Counted from the stretch's first letter, positions 36,588-46,915 are shown. The stretch: DNA of 64,000 nucleotides from an uncultured delta proteobacterium (GCA_963705165.1 CAVPJD010000012.1:1-64000); one strand, 5' to 3'. Numbers and translations: made by a program. The notes: a model not told the origin generated them from the letters alone.

Positions 36588-37895
36588 TTGCCTCATAAAT
36601 AAATGTTACCGAAGGGGAGCTGCAGATCGCTGACTGGAGAGAGCCCCCTTATAGCAGGCTTTGAAGATTTTTTTAAGTTTGATTTCTATGGCCTCTCGGA
36701 GCACAAAGGGGTTCAGTGAGCGGAACTGAGCGGTCAGCCTGATTTTGGTTTTCCGAGGGATGTATTTGGATTCCATGATTCTTTGATACGGGGTTTTGGG
36801 CTTGTCGTAACGTTTGCGGGTTTTGGAGCCAATGCGTTCTTTTTCCAGCAGCTTCACCGACGGGCAGAAGAAGTTGTGGAAGAGCCGCCACTCGGAGCGA
36901 TACAGTTCGTTGAGCAGGGGCACGAGGCAAGGGTCGTCAAAGCGTTCGTAGCCGAGCCACTGGCGGATATGGGTCCAGTTTTTCTGTTCGACGTGGGCGT
37001 TGTCGTCTTTTCGGTAGGCACGGCTTCGGGTGAACAGAACGGGCTGGGGACGTTCGGTGAAGTGGCGGTGCAGGTGATGGTTCAAAAACTCGCCGCCGTT
37101 ATCGCAGTCGAAGCCCAGGATGGCAAAGGGAAGGTGCTGCTCGATGTCCTGGAGCTCTTTCAGGATGCCCTGTTCGCCGCGCCCCCAGACGGCCCGCTGT
37201 TCGGTCCAGCCGGTGGCGATATCGACGCAGTCGAGGCTGTTGACGAACTGGCCGGCCATGGAGGAGCCGCAGTGGGCGACGGTGTCCGCCTCCAGGAAGC
37301 CCGGGCACGTTTGATCCCACTGGTTGGTGCCCAGGGGGATCTGGTTGCGCAGCAGGGCGCCCGGTTTGGTGGTGGATCGTCCCCGATGGGCCATCGCACT
37401 GCGGGTGGGTTTCAGCAGGCGGTCGATGGTGGCCGCTGAGATCCTCAGCAGGGCCGCCTTGATCTCCGGGCTCAGAGCCCCGAAGGAGGCCTCATAGCCC
37501 GGCAGCCACAACGACAGGATGGGATTGAGACGCTTGGAGCAGGGCAGATTGGCCGACAGCCAGATCTTCTTGAGGGGTTTGCGGATTGCGTCGCAATCAT
37601 AGAGCGACTTGCGTCCCCGCTTCTTGGCTTTGGGCTGGGTGAAGCGTTTGAAGCCGCGCAATTGCCGGATGGCGTGCTTGCGGTGCTGGCCGCACGTGGC
37701 GCAGTACTCATCGAGGATACGGCTCTTCTGTGCCCGGGTGGCATTCTTGTATCGACGATGAAGGGCTTCGAGATATTCCCGTTTGGCTCGTGGACTCATA
37801 AACACAGCTCCTGGAGAAGGTCTCTCCCGGTAACATGAATTATGAGTCAACGACCTTTTGAAAACTCACGCCCGGTAACATTTATTGTGAGGCAA
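36588..37895 (-). mobile_element. Insertion sequence (about 1.3 kb) with terminal inverted repeats
   Basis: TIRs ttgcctcataaataaatgttacc and ggtaacatttattgtgaggcaa; an extra internal copy at 37829-37852. Confidence 0.9.
36606..37799 (-). CDS. DDE integrase-core transposase (ISNCY/IS481-like)
   Basis: EADTVAHCG, DCDNGGEF and DNAHVEQKN motifs. Confidence 0.92.
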   Translation of the reverse strand: MSPRAKREYLEALHRRYKNATRAQKSRILDEYCATCGQHRKHAIRQLRGFKRFTQPKAKKRGRKSLYDCDAIRKPLKKIWLSANLPCSKRLNPILSLWLPGYEASFGALSPEIKAALLRISAATIDRLLKPTRSAMAHRGRSTTKPGALLRNQIPLGTNQWDQTCPGFLEADTVAHCGSSMAGQFVNSLDCVDIATGWTEQRAVWGRGEQGILKELQDIEQHLPFAILGFDCDNGGEFLNHHLHRHFTERPQPVLFTRSRAYRKDDNAHVEQKNWTHIRQWLGYERFDDPCLVPLLNELYRSEWRLFHNFFCPSVKLLEKERIGSKTRKRYDKPKTPYQRIMESKYIPRKTKIRLTAQFRSLNPFVLREAIEIKLKKIFKACYKGALSSQRSAAPLR

Positions 37896-38024
37896 TTCGC
37901 CCGTTAAAATGAGTTTTTCTTTGAACCGTTTTTTCGGTATACTGTTCGCCGAGAGAGGTTAGAATCCCGCCCCTGAACAACCCTGCGCCCGGCATCGCCG
38001 GGCCTATCGCAAAAAGGAGGTCCC

Positions 38025-38720
38025 ATGAAACGCTTCTACATCATGCTGATCGCGGCAGCCATCATCGGCGCCTTTCTGACCGTCCCCGGCATGGCCCTGG
38101 CCACTGACAAGGCCGATGCCCAGGCAACTGTCACCAAGGCAAACATGACCTTCAACAGCTTCATGTCCGACAAGAACTTTACGGAAATGAGAAAGCTTTC
38201 GCGATCGGCAAAGGGCATCTTCATCGCCCCGCAGGTGCTCAAGGGCGCCTTCGTTTGGGGCGTCTCGGGCGGCACGGGGGTACTCCTCGTGCGCGAAGAA
38301 GGCGGGAAGTTTACCCATCCGGCCTTCTACACCATCGGGAGCGTGAGCTTCGGGTTCCAGATCGGCGGCCAGGCCTCGGAGGTCATCCTGCTGGCCATGA
38401 CCGACAGGGGAGTGACGACCCTGCTGCAGAACAGCGTCAAGCTGGGCGCCGACGTGGGCATCGCAGCCGGACCTTACGGCGCGGGAGCCCAGGCCGCCAC
38501 GGCAAACATCAGCGCCGACATCCTGTCCTTCTCTCGCTCCAAGGGGCTCTACGGAGGGGTTTCGCTGGACGGCGCCATCGTGGACGTTCGTGACAGCCTG
38601 AACAAGGCCTATTACGGCAAGCCCGTCACGCCGACGGACATCCTGGTGAAGAAGAACGTCTCCAATGCCCATGCCGACAAGCTTCGCGCCAGCGTCGCCA
38701 AGATCTCCGGCGGGAAGTGA
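38025..38720 (+). CDS. Lipid-binding SYLF (Ysc84) domain protein
   Basis: Signal peptide; GGTGVL, SFGFQIGGQ and SRSKGLYGGVSLDG. Confidence 0.9.
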   Translation: MKRFYIMLIAAAIIGAFLTVPGMALATDKADAQATVTKANMTFNSFMSDKNFTEMRKLSRSAKGIFIAPQVLKGAFVWGVSGGTGVLLVREEGGKFTHPAFYTIGSVSFGFQIGGQASEVILLAMTDRGVTTLLQNSVKLGADVGIAAGPYGAGAQAATANISADILSFSRSKGLYGGVSLDGAIVDVRDSLNKAYYGKPVTPTDILVKKNVSNAHADKLRASVAKISGGK

Positions 38721-38745
38721 TCCCGGGGGCATGACGATCGAACCG

Positions 38746-38777
38746 AAAAACCCTTCGCCCGCCGCGGAGGGTTTTTT
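38746..38777 (+). terminator. Intrinsic terminator
   Basis: aaaaacccttcgc...gcggagggtttttt. Confidence 0.75.
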
Positions 38778-38800
38778 GTGACGCAGACAGGATTCGGGAA

Positions 38801-40102
38801 ATGAAGGAAGACCGCAAGTCCATATTCGGGTGGGTCCTGTACGACTGGGCGAACTCGGCCTTTGCCACGACCGTCATGGCCTCCTTCTTCCCGATTTTCT
38901 TCAAGGAATACTGGACCGTGGGGGCCGACCCCGTGGTCAGCACGGCAAAGCTGGGGCTTGCCAACGCGGCGGCGGGAATCCTGGTGGCGCTCATGGCGCC
39001 TGTTCTCGGGGCCATCGCCGACCGGGGTGAGGCAAAAAAGAAGTTTCTGCTCTTTTTCGCCGCAATCGGCATCCTGGCAACCTCGACCCTTTACCTGGTC
39101 CCCAAAGGCAACTGGCAGATGGCCGCGGCATGCTACGTCTTTGCCATGATGGGCTTTGCCGGGTCCATCATCTTCTACGACTCGCTGCTGACGACGGTGG
39201 CCACGGAGGCGCGAAGGGATTTCGTCTCGTCGCTGGGCTTTTCCATCGGATACCTCGGGGGCGGGGTGCTCTTTGCCCTCAATGTGTGGATGACCCTCTC
39301 GCCTGCCACATTCGGCCTGCCCGACAGCGGCGAGGGCGTCAAGCTCTCCTTTCTTTCCGTGGGACTCTGGTGGGCGGCCTTCTCCCTTCCCCTGATCTTC
39401 CTCGTCCGGGAGCGCACCGGCACGGTGAAAAAAGCCCGGAGAGCCGTCATCCGGGAAGGCCTCGGCCAGCTGCGCGACACCGTCAGGGAGATCCGCCACA
39501 TGAAGACGATCTGCCTCTTTCTTGCGGCATACTGGCTCTACATCGACGGCGTCGATACGATCATCGTCATGGCTCTCGACTACGGCCTGTCCATCGGCTT
39601 CAAGGCCGAAGACCTGATCGTCGCGCTGCTCATCACCCAGTTCATCGGTTTCCCCTCGGCCCTCTTTTTCGGCCATCTGGGCGAGCGGATCGGAGCGAAG
39701 CAGGCCATCCTCATCGGCATTGCCGTCTATCTGTTCATCACGATCTACGCCGCCTTCATCGACGACAAGCGGGAGTTTTTCATCCTCGCCTGCATCATCG
39801 GGCTCGTCCAGGGCGGCGTACAGGCCCTCAGCCGCTCCCTGTACTCCCGGATCATCCCCGCGGACAAGTCGGCCGAATTCTTCGGCTTCTACAACATGCT
39901 GAGCCGCTTTGCCACCGTCGCCGGGCCCGTCCTGATCGCGATGACCGGCATCGCGGCCCGATCCATGGGCTATGAAGGCAGCACGGCCTCGCGGATCGGC
40001 ATCGTTTCCGTGGCGATTTTATTCCTGGCAGGCGGGCTCATTCTGCGCTTCGTCGATGAGGACAAGGGAAAGGAAGAGCTGCGGTACCTGTCCGGTCGTT
40101 AA
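38801..40102 (+). CDS. MFS transporter (UMF1/ATG22-like)
   Basis: WVLYDWANSAF, GYLGGG, QALSRSL and EFFGFY motifs. Confidence 0.92.
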   Translation: MKEDRKSIFGWVLYDWANSAFATTVMASFFPIFFKEYWTVGADPVVSTAKLGLANAAAGILVALMAPVLGAIADRGEAKKKFLLFFAAIGILATSTLYLVPKGNWQMAAACYVFAMMGFAGSIIFYDSLLTTVATEARRDFVSSLGFSIGYLGGGVLFALNVWMTLSPATFGLPDSGEGVKLSFLSVGLWWAAFSLPLIFLVRERTGTVKKARRAVIREGLGQLRDTVREIRHMKTICLFLAAYWLYIDGVDTIIVMALDYGLSIGFKAEDLIVALLITQFIGFPSALFFGHLGERIGAKQAILIGIAVYLFITIYAAFIDDKREFFILACIIGLVQGGVQALSRSLYSRIIPADKSAEFFGFYNMLSRFATVAGPVLIAMTGIAARSMGYEGSTASRIGIVSVAILFLAGGLILRFVDEDKGKEELRYLSGR

Positions 40103-40226
40103 CCCCTCTACTACTTTTTTCGTAGAAACTTTCAGCCTGCCGTCGTATTGATCTCACGAGAGATTTTGTGATTAGTTGTCACCACTGCACAACGACCGGC
40201 CCGAACGGACAGGAGGGGGGATCGTA

Positions 40227-40601
40227 ATGGACGGAATTTGCTGCACCCTGCAGACCCGATCCGCATGGATCGAGGCGCTCATCGCCGACCGCAAAAGCCC
40301 GCTGATGTTCTTCCTGGCCGTCCTGATTATGAGCCTTAACATCACTGATGCCTTCTTTACCGAGATCATCATCGCCCACGGGGGATGGGAGGTCAACCCG
40401 ATCGCCCGGGCGGCCATTGCCACCTTCGGCGATTATTTCTGGCTCTGGAAGCACGGGGTGGTCTCCCTGGCGGTCATCATGCTGAGCAGCCACATCCATC
40501 TGCGGATGGCAAGGGTGTGTCTTGCAACGGCTGCCTGCATCTACAGCGGCGTGACGGTGTGGCACCTGATACTCATCGACAGTCTCTACCCCTTCATCTA
40601 G
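40227..40601 (+). CDS. DUF5658-like membrane protein
   Basis: LNITDAFFT...GGWEVNP...WK pattern. Confidence 0.75.
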   Translation: MDGICCTLQTRSAWIEALIADRKSPLMFFLAVLIMSLNITDAFFTEIIIAHGGWEVNPIARAAIATFGDYFWLWKHGVVSLAVIMLSSHIHLRMARVCLATAACIYSGVTVWHLILIDSLYPFI

Positions 40602-40622
40602 CCGCGTAGCGGCTATGAAGAC

Positions 40623-40714
40623 GTGGCTAGTGACTTGTGGCTAGTGAAAAAGATGGAACTGGGAAGCTGGTCATTTTCTTTCACAAGCCACTAACCACTA
40701 GCCACTTCTTTCAC
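40623..40714. repeat. Inverted heptamer array (GTGGCTA ... TAGCCAC) between convergent genes
   Basis: Related copies at 51627-51664 and 54028-54125. Confidence 0.75.
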
Positions 40715-40720
40715 TGCGCG

Positions 40721-41398
40721 TCAGCGCCGTGCCCGTCCCCTGTCCGTACCGTCGCTGACGATCAGCACCTGGTAATTGATGTCCCACAGGGCCTTCAGGA
40801 AGTCATCCATCCGGGGGCCTTCCACCCGGATCATGACGAGGCATCTCTTGCTGCCTTTCAAAGGGTGGACTAGGACCGTCTGCAGGTCGAGCCGGTAGCG
40901 CTTGCACAGCTCCACGACGCCGTAGATGATATTCTGCTTCTCCCCGGCGGGAACGCTGAAGCAGATGCGCACATTGTTGTCGCCGGCCCGCGCGATGCCG
41001 CAGAGCGCCTCCAGGACATCGCAGTCCGTGATGATGCCCACAAGGTGATCTTCCTTCAGAACCGGCAGGGCGCCGATCTTTTTCTCCCTCATCAAGGCCC
41101 CGACATCTTCGAGTGCCGTGTTCGGGCCGCAGGTGACAAGCTCCCTTGTCATGGCCTCGCCCACGGCATGCTTGCCGAGGTTCTCGATGTCGGAGGGTGG
41201 CAGTTCCCCTTTCAGCCTCACAGGGTTCACATAGGGGTAGAGATCGGAGAGGGTGATGATGCCGCAGAGCTTGTTTTCGCCCGACATGACCGGCAACCGC
41301 CGGATGTCGTGCTTCAGCATCAGGTTCAATGCATCGTACAGGGTCGTTTTTTCCAGGGCGACAATGGGGTATTCGGACATCCAATATCGGACCAGCAT
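40721..41398 (-). CDS. CBS-pair plus ACT-like domain protein (AcuB-like)
   Basis: IRRLPV...GIITLSDL and IGALPV...GIITDCD CBS motifs. Confidence 0.85.
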   Translation of the reverse strand: MLVRYWMSEYPIVALEKTTLYDALNLMLKHDIRRLPVMSGENKLCGIITLSDLYPYVNPVRLKGELPPSDIENLGKHAVGEAMTRELVTCGPNTALEDVGALMREKKIGALPVLKEDHLVGIITDCDVLEALCGIARAGDNNVRICFSVPAGEKQNIIYGVVELCKRYRLDLQTVLVHPLKGSKRCLVMIRVEGPRMDDFLKALWDINYQVLIVSDGTDRGRARR

Positions 41399-41511
41399 CT
41401 CTGCACCCCGCGGAAAAGATTTTCCTGCCCCGATATGATAACAATTTTCGTGCCAAAGGCGGCGACGGCACGGCTCACAGCCTGAACCCGGAGCGATACT
41501 CCCCGGATGCA

Positions 41512-42069
41512 TCAGAGAAGGCCGTCAAGGTAACCGTTCAGGACGAAGGCATAGAGCGCGTGGCCTTCTTCGTTGGGCAGCCGGACGTCATCCTGGAGCA
41601 GGGCCGCATTCGCAAGGCCCTGCTCCAGGAGATATCCTGCCCATGCGGTGTGCATGGGGATCATTTTACAGCCGAGGTCTGCGGCCACCTCCCGGATCGT
41701 CCGGTAATAGATGTCGACGGCGTCCATCTCATGGGGGTTGTCGAAGGTGTGCGACGTGAGCAGGAATATGTCCGACCGAAAGCTCGCACGTGCGAGGCGG
41801 ACGATGTGGACGAGGTTCTCCTTGAACTCGGAGCGATAGACCGCGGAGAAGGCGTCGTCGATTCCGAAATGGAGGATCAGGATGTCAGGGCGAAAGGGTT
41901 CGATGTCCCGGGAAAATGTTTCGATCCCTTCGAAGGAGGTCTCCTTCGGATTCGAGCGGTTGATGAGCTCCACCCCGCGCGGCGCATAGCGATCCCGGAG
42001 GATATCGGCATATCCCCGGGAAACGCCGACCCCTGCGGCGATGCTTCCTCCGCGTACCAGAATGCGCAT
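41512..42069 (-). CDS. SGNH/GDSL-like protein with degenerate motifs
   Basis: GGSIAAG, HFGIDD and DVRLPNEEGH blocks. Confidence 0.8.
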   Translation of the reverse strand: MRILVRGGSIAAGVGVSRGYADILRDRYAPRGVELINRSNPKETSFEGIETFSRDIEPFRPDILILHFGIDDAFSAVYRSEFKENLVHIVRLARASFRSDIFLLTSHTFDNPHEMDAVDIYYRTIREVAADLGCKMIPMHTAWAGYLLEQGLANAALLQDDVRLPNEEGHALYAFVLNGYLDGLL

Positions 42070-42099
42070 GCTCGTCTTGCCTCTCTGAGCTTGAAAGAA

Positions 42100-42218
42100 G
42101 CCGACAGTCTACAGTCGACAGCCTACAGTAAAAAGAAAGTAGACAGCAGAAATCTGTTGCCTGTTGCCTGTTGCCTGTGGCCTGTGGCCTGTGGCCTGTC
42201 GGCTGTCGGCTGTCGGCT
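42100..42218. repeat. Inverted heptamer array (CAGyCkA ... CCTGTkG/GCTGTCG)
   Basis: About 9 tandem 7-mers opposite a complementary block; a related block lies at 59071-59110. Confidence 0.8.
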
Positions 42219-42639
42219 ACCTATTACCTGTCACCTGCACCACCACCTGCCTCTTTCGAGGCCGGTTGTCGAAGTCGCAGAGGATCACCTGCTGCCAGGT
42301 GCCCAGAACGAGTTTGCCCTCGATGACGGGAATCGTCAGAGAAGGTCCCAGCAGGGCCGCCCGTACGTGGGAGTAGCCGTTGCCGTCGCCCCAGCGGGCG
42401 TCGTGCCGGTAGTGCAGGTTCTCGGGCGCAAGCCTTGCGATGGCCTCCTTGAGATCCTCGATGACGCCGCTTTCGTATTCGATGGTCGTCAGGGCCGCCG
42501 TCGAGCCCGGCACGAAGATGAGCACGCTGCCCTCGGAAATGCCCGATTCGCCGATCCGGAGAGATACCTCCCGCGTGATGTCGACAAGATCGGTCTTCCC
42601 CGTCGTCGGGAAGGCCAGCACGTAATTTCTGATTTCCAT
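42217..42639 (-). CDS. yjbQ: YjbQ/UPF0047 family protein
   Basis: DIT, GSTAAL, HD...NGYSH and LGTWQ..DFD motifs. Confidence 0.9.
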   Translation of the reverse strand: MEIRNYVLAFPTTGKTDLVDITREVSLRIGESGISEGSVLIFVPGSTAALTTIEYESGVIEDLKEAIARLAPENLHYRHDARWGDGNGYSHVRAALLGPSLTIPVIEGKLVLGTWQQVILCDFDNRPRKRQVVVQVTGNR

Positions 42640-42804
42640 GTCAGTTCCCTCGCGAAGCATGCGCTCCCCGAAACTTAACCACAGCGGCCCTGAAGTTTCA
42701 AGGCCGCGATCCGGGAGGCAATTTGCACCTTGTCATCGCCGCCGGGATTTGATAGTCAGAGGATCTGATCTCTGAAAGCCATTCGGGCATTTACGGAGCA
42801 TTGA

Positions 42805-43818
42805 ATGAAAGCGAAATCCACGGGCGATGAAGCCCTCAAGCAGGCCCGGGAAGTTTTGAAGATCGAGGCCGAGTGCATCCTGGGGCTCATCCCCAAGCTC
42901 GATCAGAATTTCTCGAAGGCCGTCGAGACCATCTTCGGGGCCAAGGGACGCGTCATCGTATCGGGAATCGGAAAATCGGGGCTCATCGGCCGAAAGATCG
43001 TGGCCACCTTCACGAGCACGGGCACGCCGGCCATCTTCCTTCACCCCGTCGAAGGGATGCACGGGGATCTCGGCATCGTCACGAAAGGCGATGTGCTCAT
43101 CGCCATCTCCAACAGCGGCGAGACGGCCGAGCTCAACGAACTGATCGCGCGGATCGGCCCGATCGGTCTTCCGCTCATCACACTGACGGGAAACCCGAAA
43201 TCAACGCTCGGGCGCTCAAGCGACATCGTCATCGATGTGGGCGTCGCCCGGGAGGCCTGTCCCTTCGGCCTGGCGCCCACCTCGAGCACGACGGCGGCGC
43301 TCGCCATGGGGGACGCCCTGGCCGTGGCCCTGACGGGGAAGCGCAACTTCGGCGAGAAGGACTTTCTCAAATTTCATCCCGGTGGAACCCTGGGGCAGAG
43401 GCTCATGAACCAGGTGAAGGAGGCCATGATCACGGGCGAGAGGATCCCCCGGGTCTATGCGGGTTCGCCGGCCCTGGAAGCCGTCAACGAAATCGATCGT
43501 CGGAACCAGGGCTTCGTCCTCATCACGGACCGGAAGGACCACCTGAAAGGAATCCTGACCGATGGCGACGTGAGGCGCTGCGTAAAGCGCGGGGTACGTT
43601 TCGAGGCCATCCCCGTTGACGACATCATGACGACATCGCCCAGGACCATCGACGAAAACACGACGCTCGCCAAAACCGTCGAGACGATGGAGACCCTCGA
43701 GATCACGACACTCGTCGTCACGGGGAAAAACAACAGGCTCAAGGGCTACATCCACCTTCACGACATCTTCGGCCGCGGCGGCACGCTTCGGATGTACGTT
43801 CCCAACGGCAACGCCTGA
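42805..43818 (+). CDS. kdsD: KpsF/GutQ arabinose-5-phosphate isomerase (SIS plus CBS)
   Basis: GIGKSG, HGDLG, SNSGET, APTSST and FHPGG motifs. Confidence 0.92.
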   Translation: MKAKSTGDEALKQAREVLKIEAECILGLIPKLDQNFSKAVETIFGAKGRVIVSGIGKSGLIGRKIVATFTSTGTPAIFLHPVEGMHGDLGIVTKGDVLIAISNSGETAELNELIARIGPIGLPLITLTGNPKSTLGRSSDIVIDVGVAREACPFGLAPTSSTTAALAMGDALAVALTGKRNFGEKDFLKFHPGGTLGQRLMNQVKEAMITGERIPRVYAGSPALEAVNEIDRRNQGFVLITDRKDHLKGILTDGDVRRCVKRGVRFEAIPVDDIMTTSPRTIDENTTLAKTVETMETLEITTLVVTGKNNRLKGYIHLHDIFGRGGTLRMYVPNGNA

Positions 43819-43898
43819 GAGAACGACAACGGGGCTTCTCCAATGGGATCGTGCAAAAATTCGCCCGGCAATACCCTGATCCTTCTTCCAATGTTTCA

Positions 43899-43927
43899 TT
43901 GACTCACGAGAGGGTTTTTCCTATACT
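43899..43927 (+). promoter_or_regulatory. Sigma70 promoter TTGACT-N17-TATACT for the TRAP operon
   Basis: Near-consensus hexamers with 17-nt spacing. Confidence 0.75.
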
Positions 43928-43974
43928 GCATTTCGCAAAAACAAGGTGCATCTTCAAGAATAAGGAGGAGAATC

Positions 43975-45009
43975 ATGAAGAAGTTTTTTATCGTTGCCCT
44001 GTTCGTGGTCGCCGTGGCCCTCGCCTGGCTGACCCCGCCCCCGGCCGTCGCAGCAGACTACAAGCCGGAGTACAAGCTTTCGACGGTTCTCGCAAAGCCC
44101 ATGCCCTGGGGCATCGCCGGCGAGCGCTGGGCGGAACTGGTCAAGGAGAAGACGAAGGGCAGGATTAACATCAAGGTGTACCCGGGCACGAGCCTCGTGG
44201 GCGGGGACCAGACCAAGGAGTACACCGCCATCCGCCAGGGCGCCATCGACATGGCCATCGGCTCTACCATCAACTGGTCCCCCCAGGTGAAGGAGCTGAA
44301 CATCTTCGCCATGCCTTTCCTCATGCCGGACTACAAGGCCATTGACGCTCTCACCCAGGGCGAAGTCGGCAAGGAGATTTTCAATATCCTCACCGGCAAG
44401 GACACGGTGCCCCTGGCCTGGGGAGAGAACGGCTTCCGGGAGCTCTCCAATTCCAAGAAACCGATCCGCAAGCCCGAAGACCTCAAGGGCCTCAAGATCC
44501 GCGTCGTCGGCTCCCCGCTCTTCCTGGAGACCTTCGCAGCCCTGGGCGCGAATCCCACCCAGATGAGCTGGGCCGATGCGGTGCCCGCCCTTTCCAGCGG
44601 AGCCGTCGACGGCCAGGAGAACCCTCTGACCGTTTACACGGTGGCCAAGCTGTCAACAGCCGCCAACCAGAAGTACTTGACGATCTGGGGCTACGTGGCC
44701 GACCCGCTGATCTTTGTCGTCAACAAGGAGGTCTGGAACAGCTGGACCCCCGAAGACCAGAAGGCCGTCCGAGAGGCCGCCCTCCAGGCCGGCAAGGAAA
44801 ACATTGCGTTGGCCAGAAAAGGCCTCATTCCTCCCAGCGACACCATGATCAAGGAGATTCAGGCGGCAGGGGTCAACGTGGCGAGTCTCACCCCTCAGGA
44901 AAAAGAGGCCTTCAAGAAAGCCACCCGGTCCGTCTATGACAAGTGGGCCAAGCAGATCGGGACCGAGCTGGTCAAGAAAGCCGAACAGGCCGTTGCCAAG
45001 CGCAAGTAG
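43975..45009 (+). CDS. dctP: TRAP transporter substrate-binding protein DctP
   Basis: Signal peptide; ENGFREL, DLKGLKIRV and VDGQENP. Confidence 0.95.
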   Translation: MKKFFIVALFVVAVALAWLTPPPAVAADYKPEYKLSTVLAKPMPWGIAGERWAELVKEKTKGRINIKVYPGTSLVGGDQTKEYTAIRQGAIDMAIGSTINWSPQVKELNIFAMPFLMPDYKAIDALTQGEVGKEIFNILTGKDTVPLAWGENGFRELSNSKKPIRKPEDLKGLKIRVVGSPLFLETFAALGANPTQMSWADAVPALSSGAVDGQENPLTVYTVAKLSTAANQKYLTIWGYVADPLIFVVNKEVWNSWTPEDQKAVREAALQAGKENIALARKGLIPPSDTMIKEIQAAGVNVASLTPQEKEAFKKATRSVYDKWAKQIGTELVKKAEQAVAKRK

Positions 45010-45122
45010 TCTTCCTGCACACGCCACACAAATGACAATGGCACGCGCCCGATCGATTGGATCGAGGCGCGTGCCTTTGCTTTTTCCCGGTTTGTTTCCG
45101 CTCCGCACGGGGTAAGCGACCC

Positions 45123-45623
45123 ATGGAATGTCAACCTTCACGAGAGGCCAAAGATCTCAAGACCCGGGTGCCTCTCAAATTCGAAGAATACGCGGCCGGG
45201 ATTACCATCGGCCTGCTGGGGCTCATCACCTTCGCCAACGTGGTGGTGCGCTATCTGACGGACTTCTCTTTTGCGTTCACCGAGGAGCTTTCCGTCTTTC
45301 TCATGGTGCTCGTGGCGCTTCTCGGCGGCTCGAGCGTCATGGCGAAAGGCGGCCATCTGAATATCATGTTCGTGGTGGACAGGCTCTCGCCGGAGCGTCG
45401 GCGGGTCGTCGTCTGCGCGGCCCATGCCCTCTCCGTCCTCATGTTCCTTCTGCTGGCGTTCTTCGGGGGCCGGATGGCGTGGGATGAATACCGCTTCGAG
45501 GTCACCTCTCCCGGCCTCGGTCTGCCCACCTGGATCTACACCGTCTGGCTGCCGATATTGTCCCTGGCGATTTGCGGTCGCGCCGCAGGATTGATGATCC
45601 GCGCCTGGAGGAGGAAGGACTGA
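45123..45623 (+). CDS. dctQ: TRAP transporter small permease DctQ
   Basis: NVVVRY..FTEEL, 4 TM, located between dctP and dctM. Confidence 0.9.
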   Translation: MECQPSREAKDLKTRVPLKFEEYAAGITIGLLGLITFANVVVRYLTDFSFAFTEELSVFLMVLVALLGGSSVMAKGGHLNIMFVVDRLSPERRRVVVCAAHALSVLMFLLLAFFGGRMAWDEYRFEVTSPGLGLPTWIYTVWLPILSLAICGRAAGLMIRAWRRKD

Positions 45624-46915
45624 TGGTTCTGGTCACCCTTCTTTTCAGCGCCTTCTTTGTCATGATGTTTGCCGGCGTACCCATCGCCGTTTCCCTGGGC
45701 CTGGCGGGGACCGTGGCCATCGCCATGGGCAAGCTGGGCATCATGGCCTTCCCGACCAATTTTTACACGGGAATCGCCAAGTATCCTCTCCTTGCCATCC
45801 CCATGTTTGTCCTCGCAGGCGCCATCTTCGACCGGGCCGGCGTGGCAGAGCGGCTGCTGCGGTTCGCCGAAGCCATCGTCGGACGCGGCAGGGGAGCCCT
45901 GGCGGTGATCACCATCCTGGTGGCCATGGTCATCGGCGGAATATCCGGCTCGGGGCCTGCCTGCACGGCCGCAGTGGGAGGGGTCATGCTCGTCGCCATG
46001 ATGCGCAACGGCTACCCGCCGGCCTTTGCTGCCTCCGTCACGGCGGCAGCGGGGTCCACGGACATTCTCATCCCGCCGTCGGTGGCATTCATCGTCTACA
46101 GCGTGCTGGTGCCGTCGGCCACCGTACCGGCGCTCTTTGTTGGCGGCGTCATCCCCGGGATCATGGCCTGTGTCCTGCTCATCATCCCGGCACTCTACCT
46201 CAGCCGGAAGTACAACTTCGGCGTCGATCAGAGCACAGAGCCCATGCCGAAATTCTGGCCTTCCCTCAAGGATGCCTCCTGGGCGCTGTCCGCGCCGGTG
46301 CTCATTCTGGGCGGGTTGCGCACGGGATGGTTCACCCCGACGGAAGCCGCCGTCATGGCCGTGGTCTTCGGCCTTTTCGTCGGCTTCGTGATCTACCGCT
46401 CGCTCACCCTTCGCGACCTGTTCGAACTGCTCGTCGAGTCCGCGGAGACCTCCGCCGTCATCCTGATCGTGATCGGGCTGGCAAGCGTCTTTGCCTGGGC
46501 CACGGCCACGCTCGGCATCGTTGACCCGATCACCAGGGGCCTGGTGGCCCTCGGGGGCGGGAATTCCCTGGCGGTGCTGTTTATCCTGCTCATATTCCTG
46601 AAGGTTGCTGGAATGTTCCTCGACGGGATATCGATTTTTCTCATCTTCTGCCCGCTCTTTATCCCGATCGCCAATGACTTCGGCTGGGACCTGGTGTGGT
46701 TCGGCGTGATGATGACCTACGTCATTGCCCTGGGGCAGTTCTGCCCGCCCATGGCCGTCAATCTCATGGTGAGCTGCCGGCTGACGGGCGCGTCCATGGA
46801 GTCAACCGTGCGCTGGGTCATCTGGTTGCTTTTATTCATGGGCCTGGGCCTCGTGGCCATGGTCTTCTTCCCCGCGCTGGTGCTCTGGCTGCCCGAGGTT
46901 CTCGGTTTCATGTGA
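45623..46915 (+). CDS. dctM: TRAP transporter large permease DctM
   Basis: LLAIPMF, ISGSG, LIPPS and FTPTEAA motifs. Confidence 0.93.
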   Translation: MVLVTLLFSAFFVMMFAGVPIAVSLGLAGTVAIAMGKLGIMAFPTNFYTGIAKYPLLAIPMFVLAGAIFDRAGVAERLLRFAEAIVGRGRGALAVITILVAMVIGGISGSGPACTAAVGGVMLVAMMRNGYPPAFAASVTAAAGSTDILIPPSVAFIVYSVLVPSATVPALFVGGVIPGIMACVLLIIPALYLSRKYNFGVDQSTEPMPKFWPSLKDASWALSAPVLILGGLRTGWFTPTEAAVMAVVFGLFVGFVIYRSLTLRDLFELLVESAETSAVILIVIGLASVFAWATATLGIVDPITRGLVALGGGNSLAVLFILLIFLKVAGMFLDGISIFLIFCPLFIPIANDFGWDLVWFGVMMTYVIALGQFCPPMAVNLMVSCRLTGASMESTVRWVIWLLLFMGLGLVAMVFFPALVLWLPEVLGFM

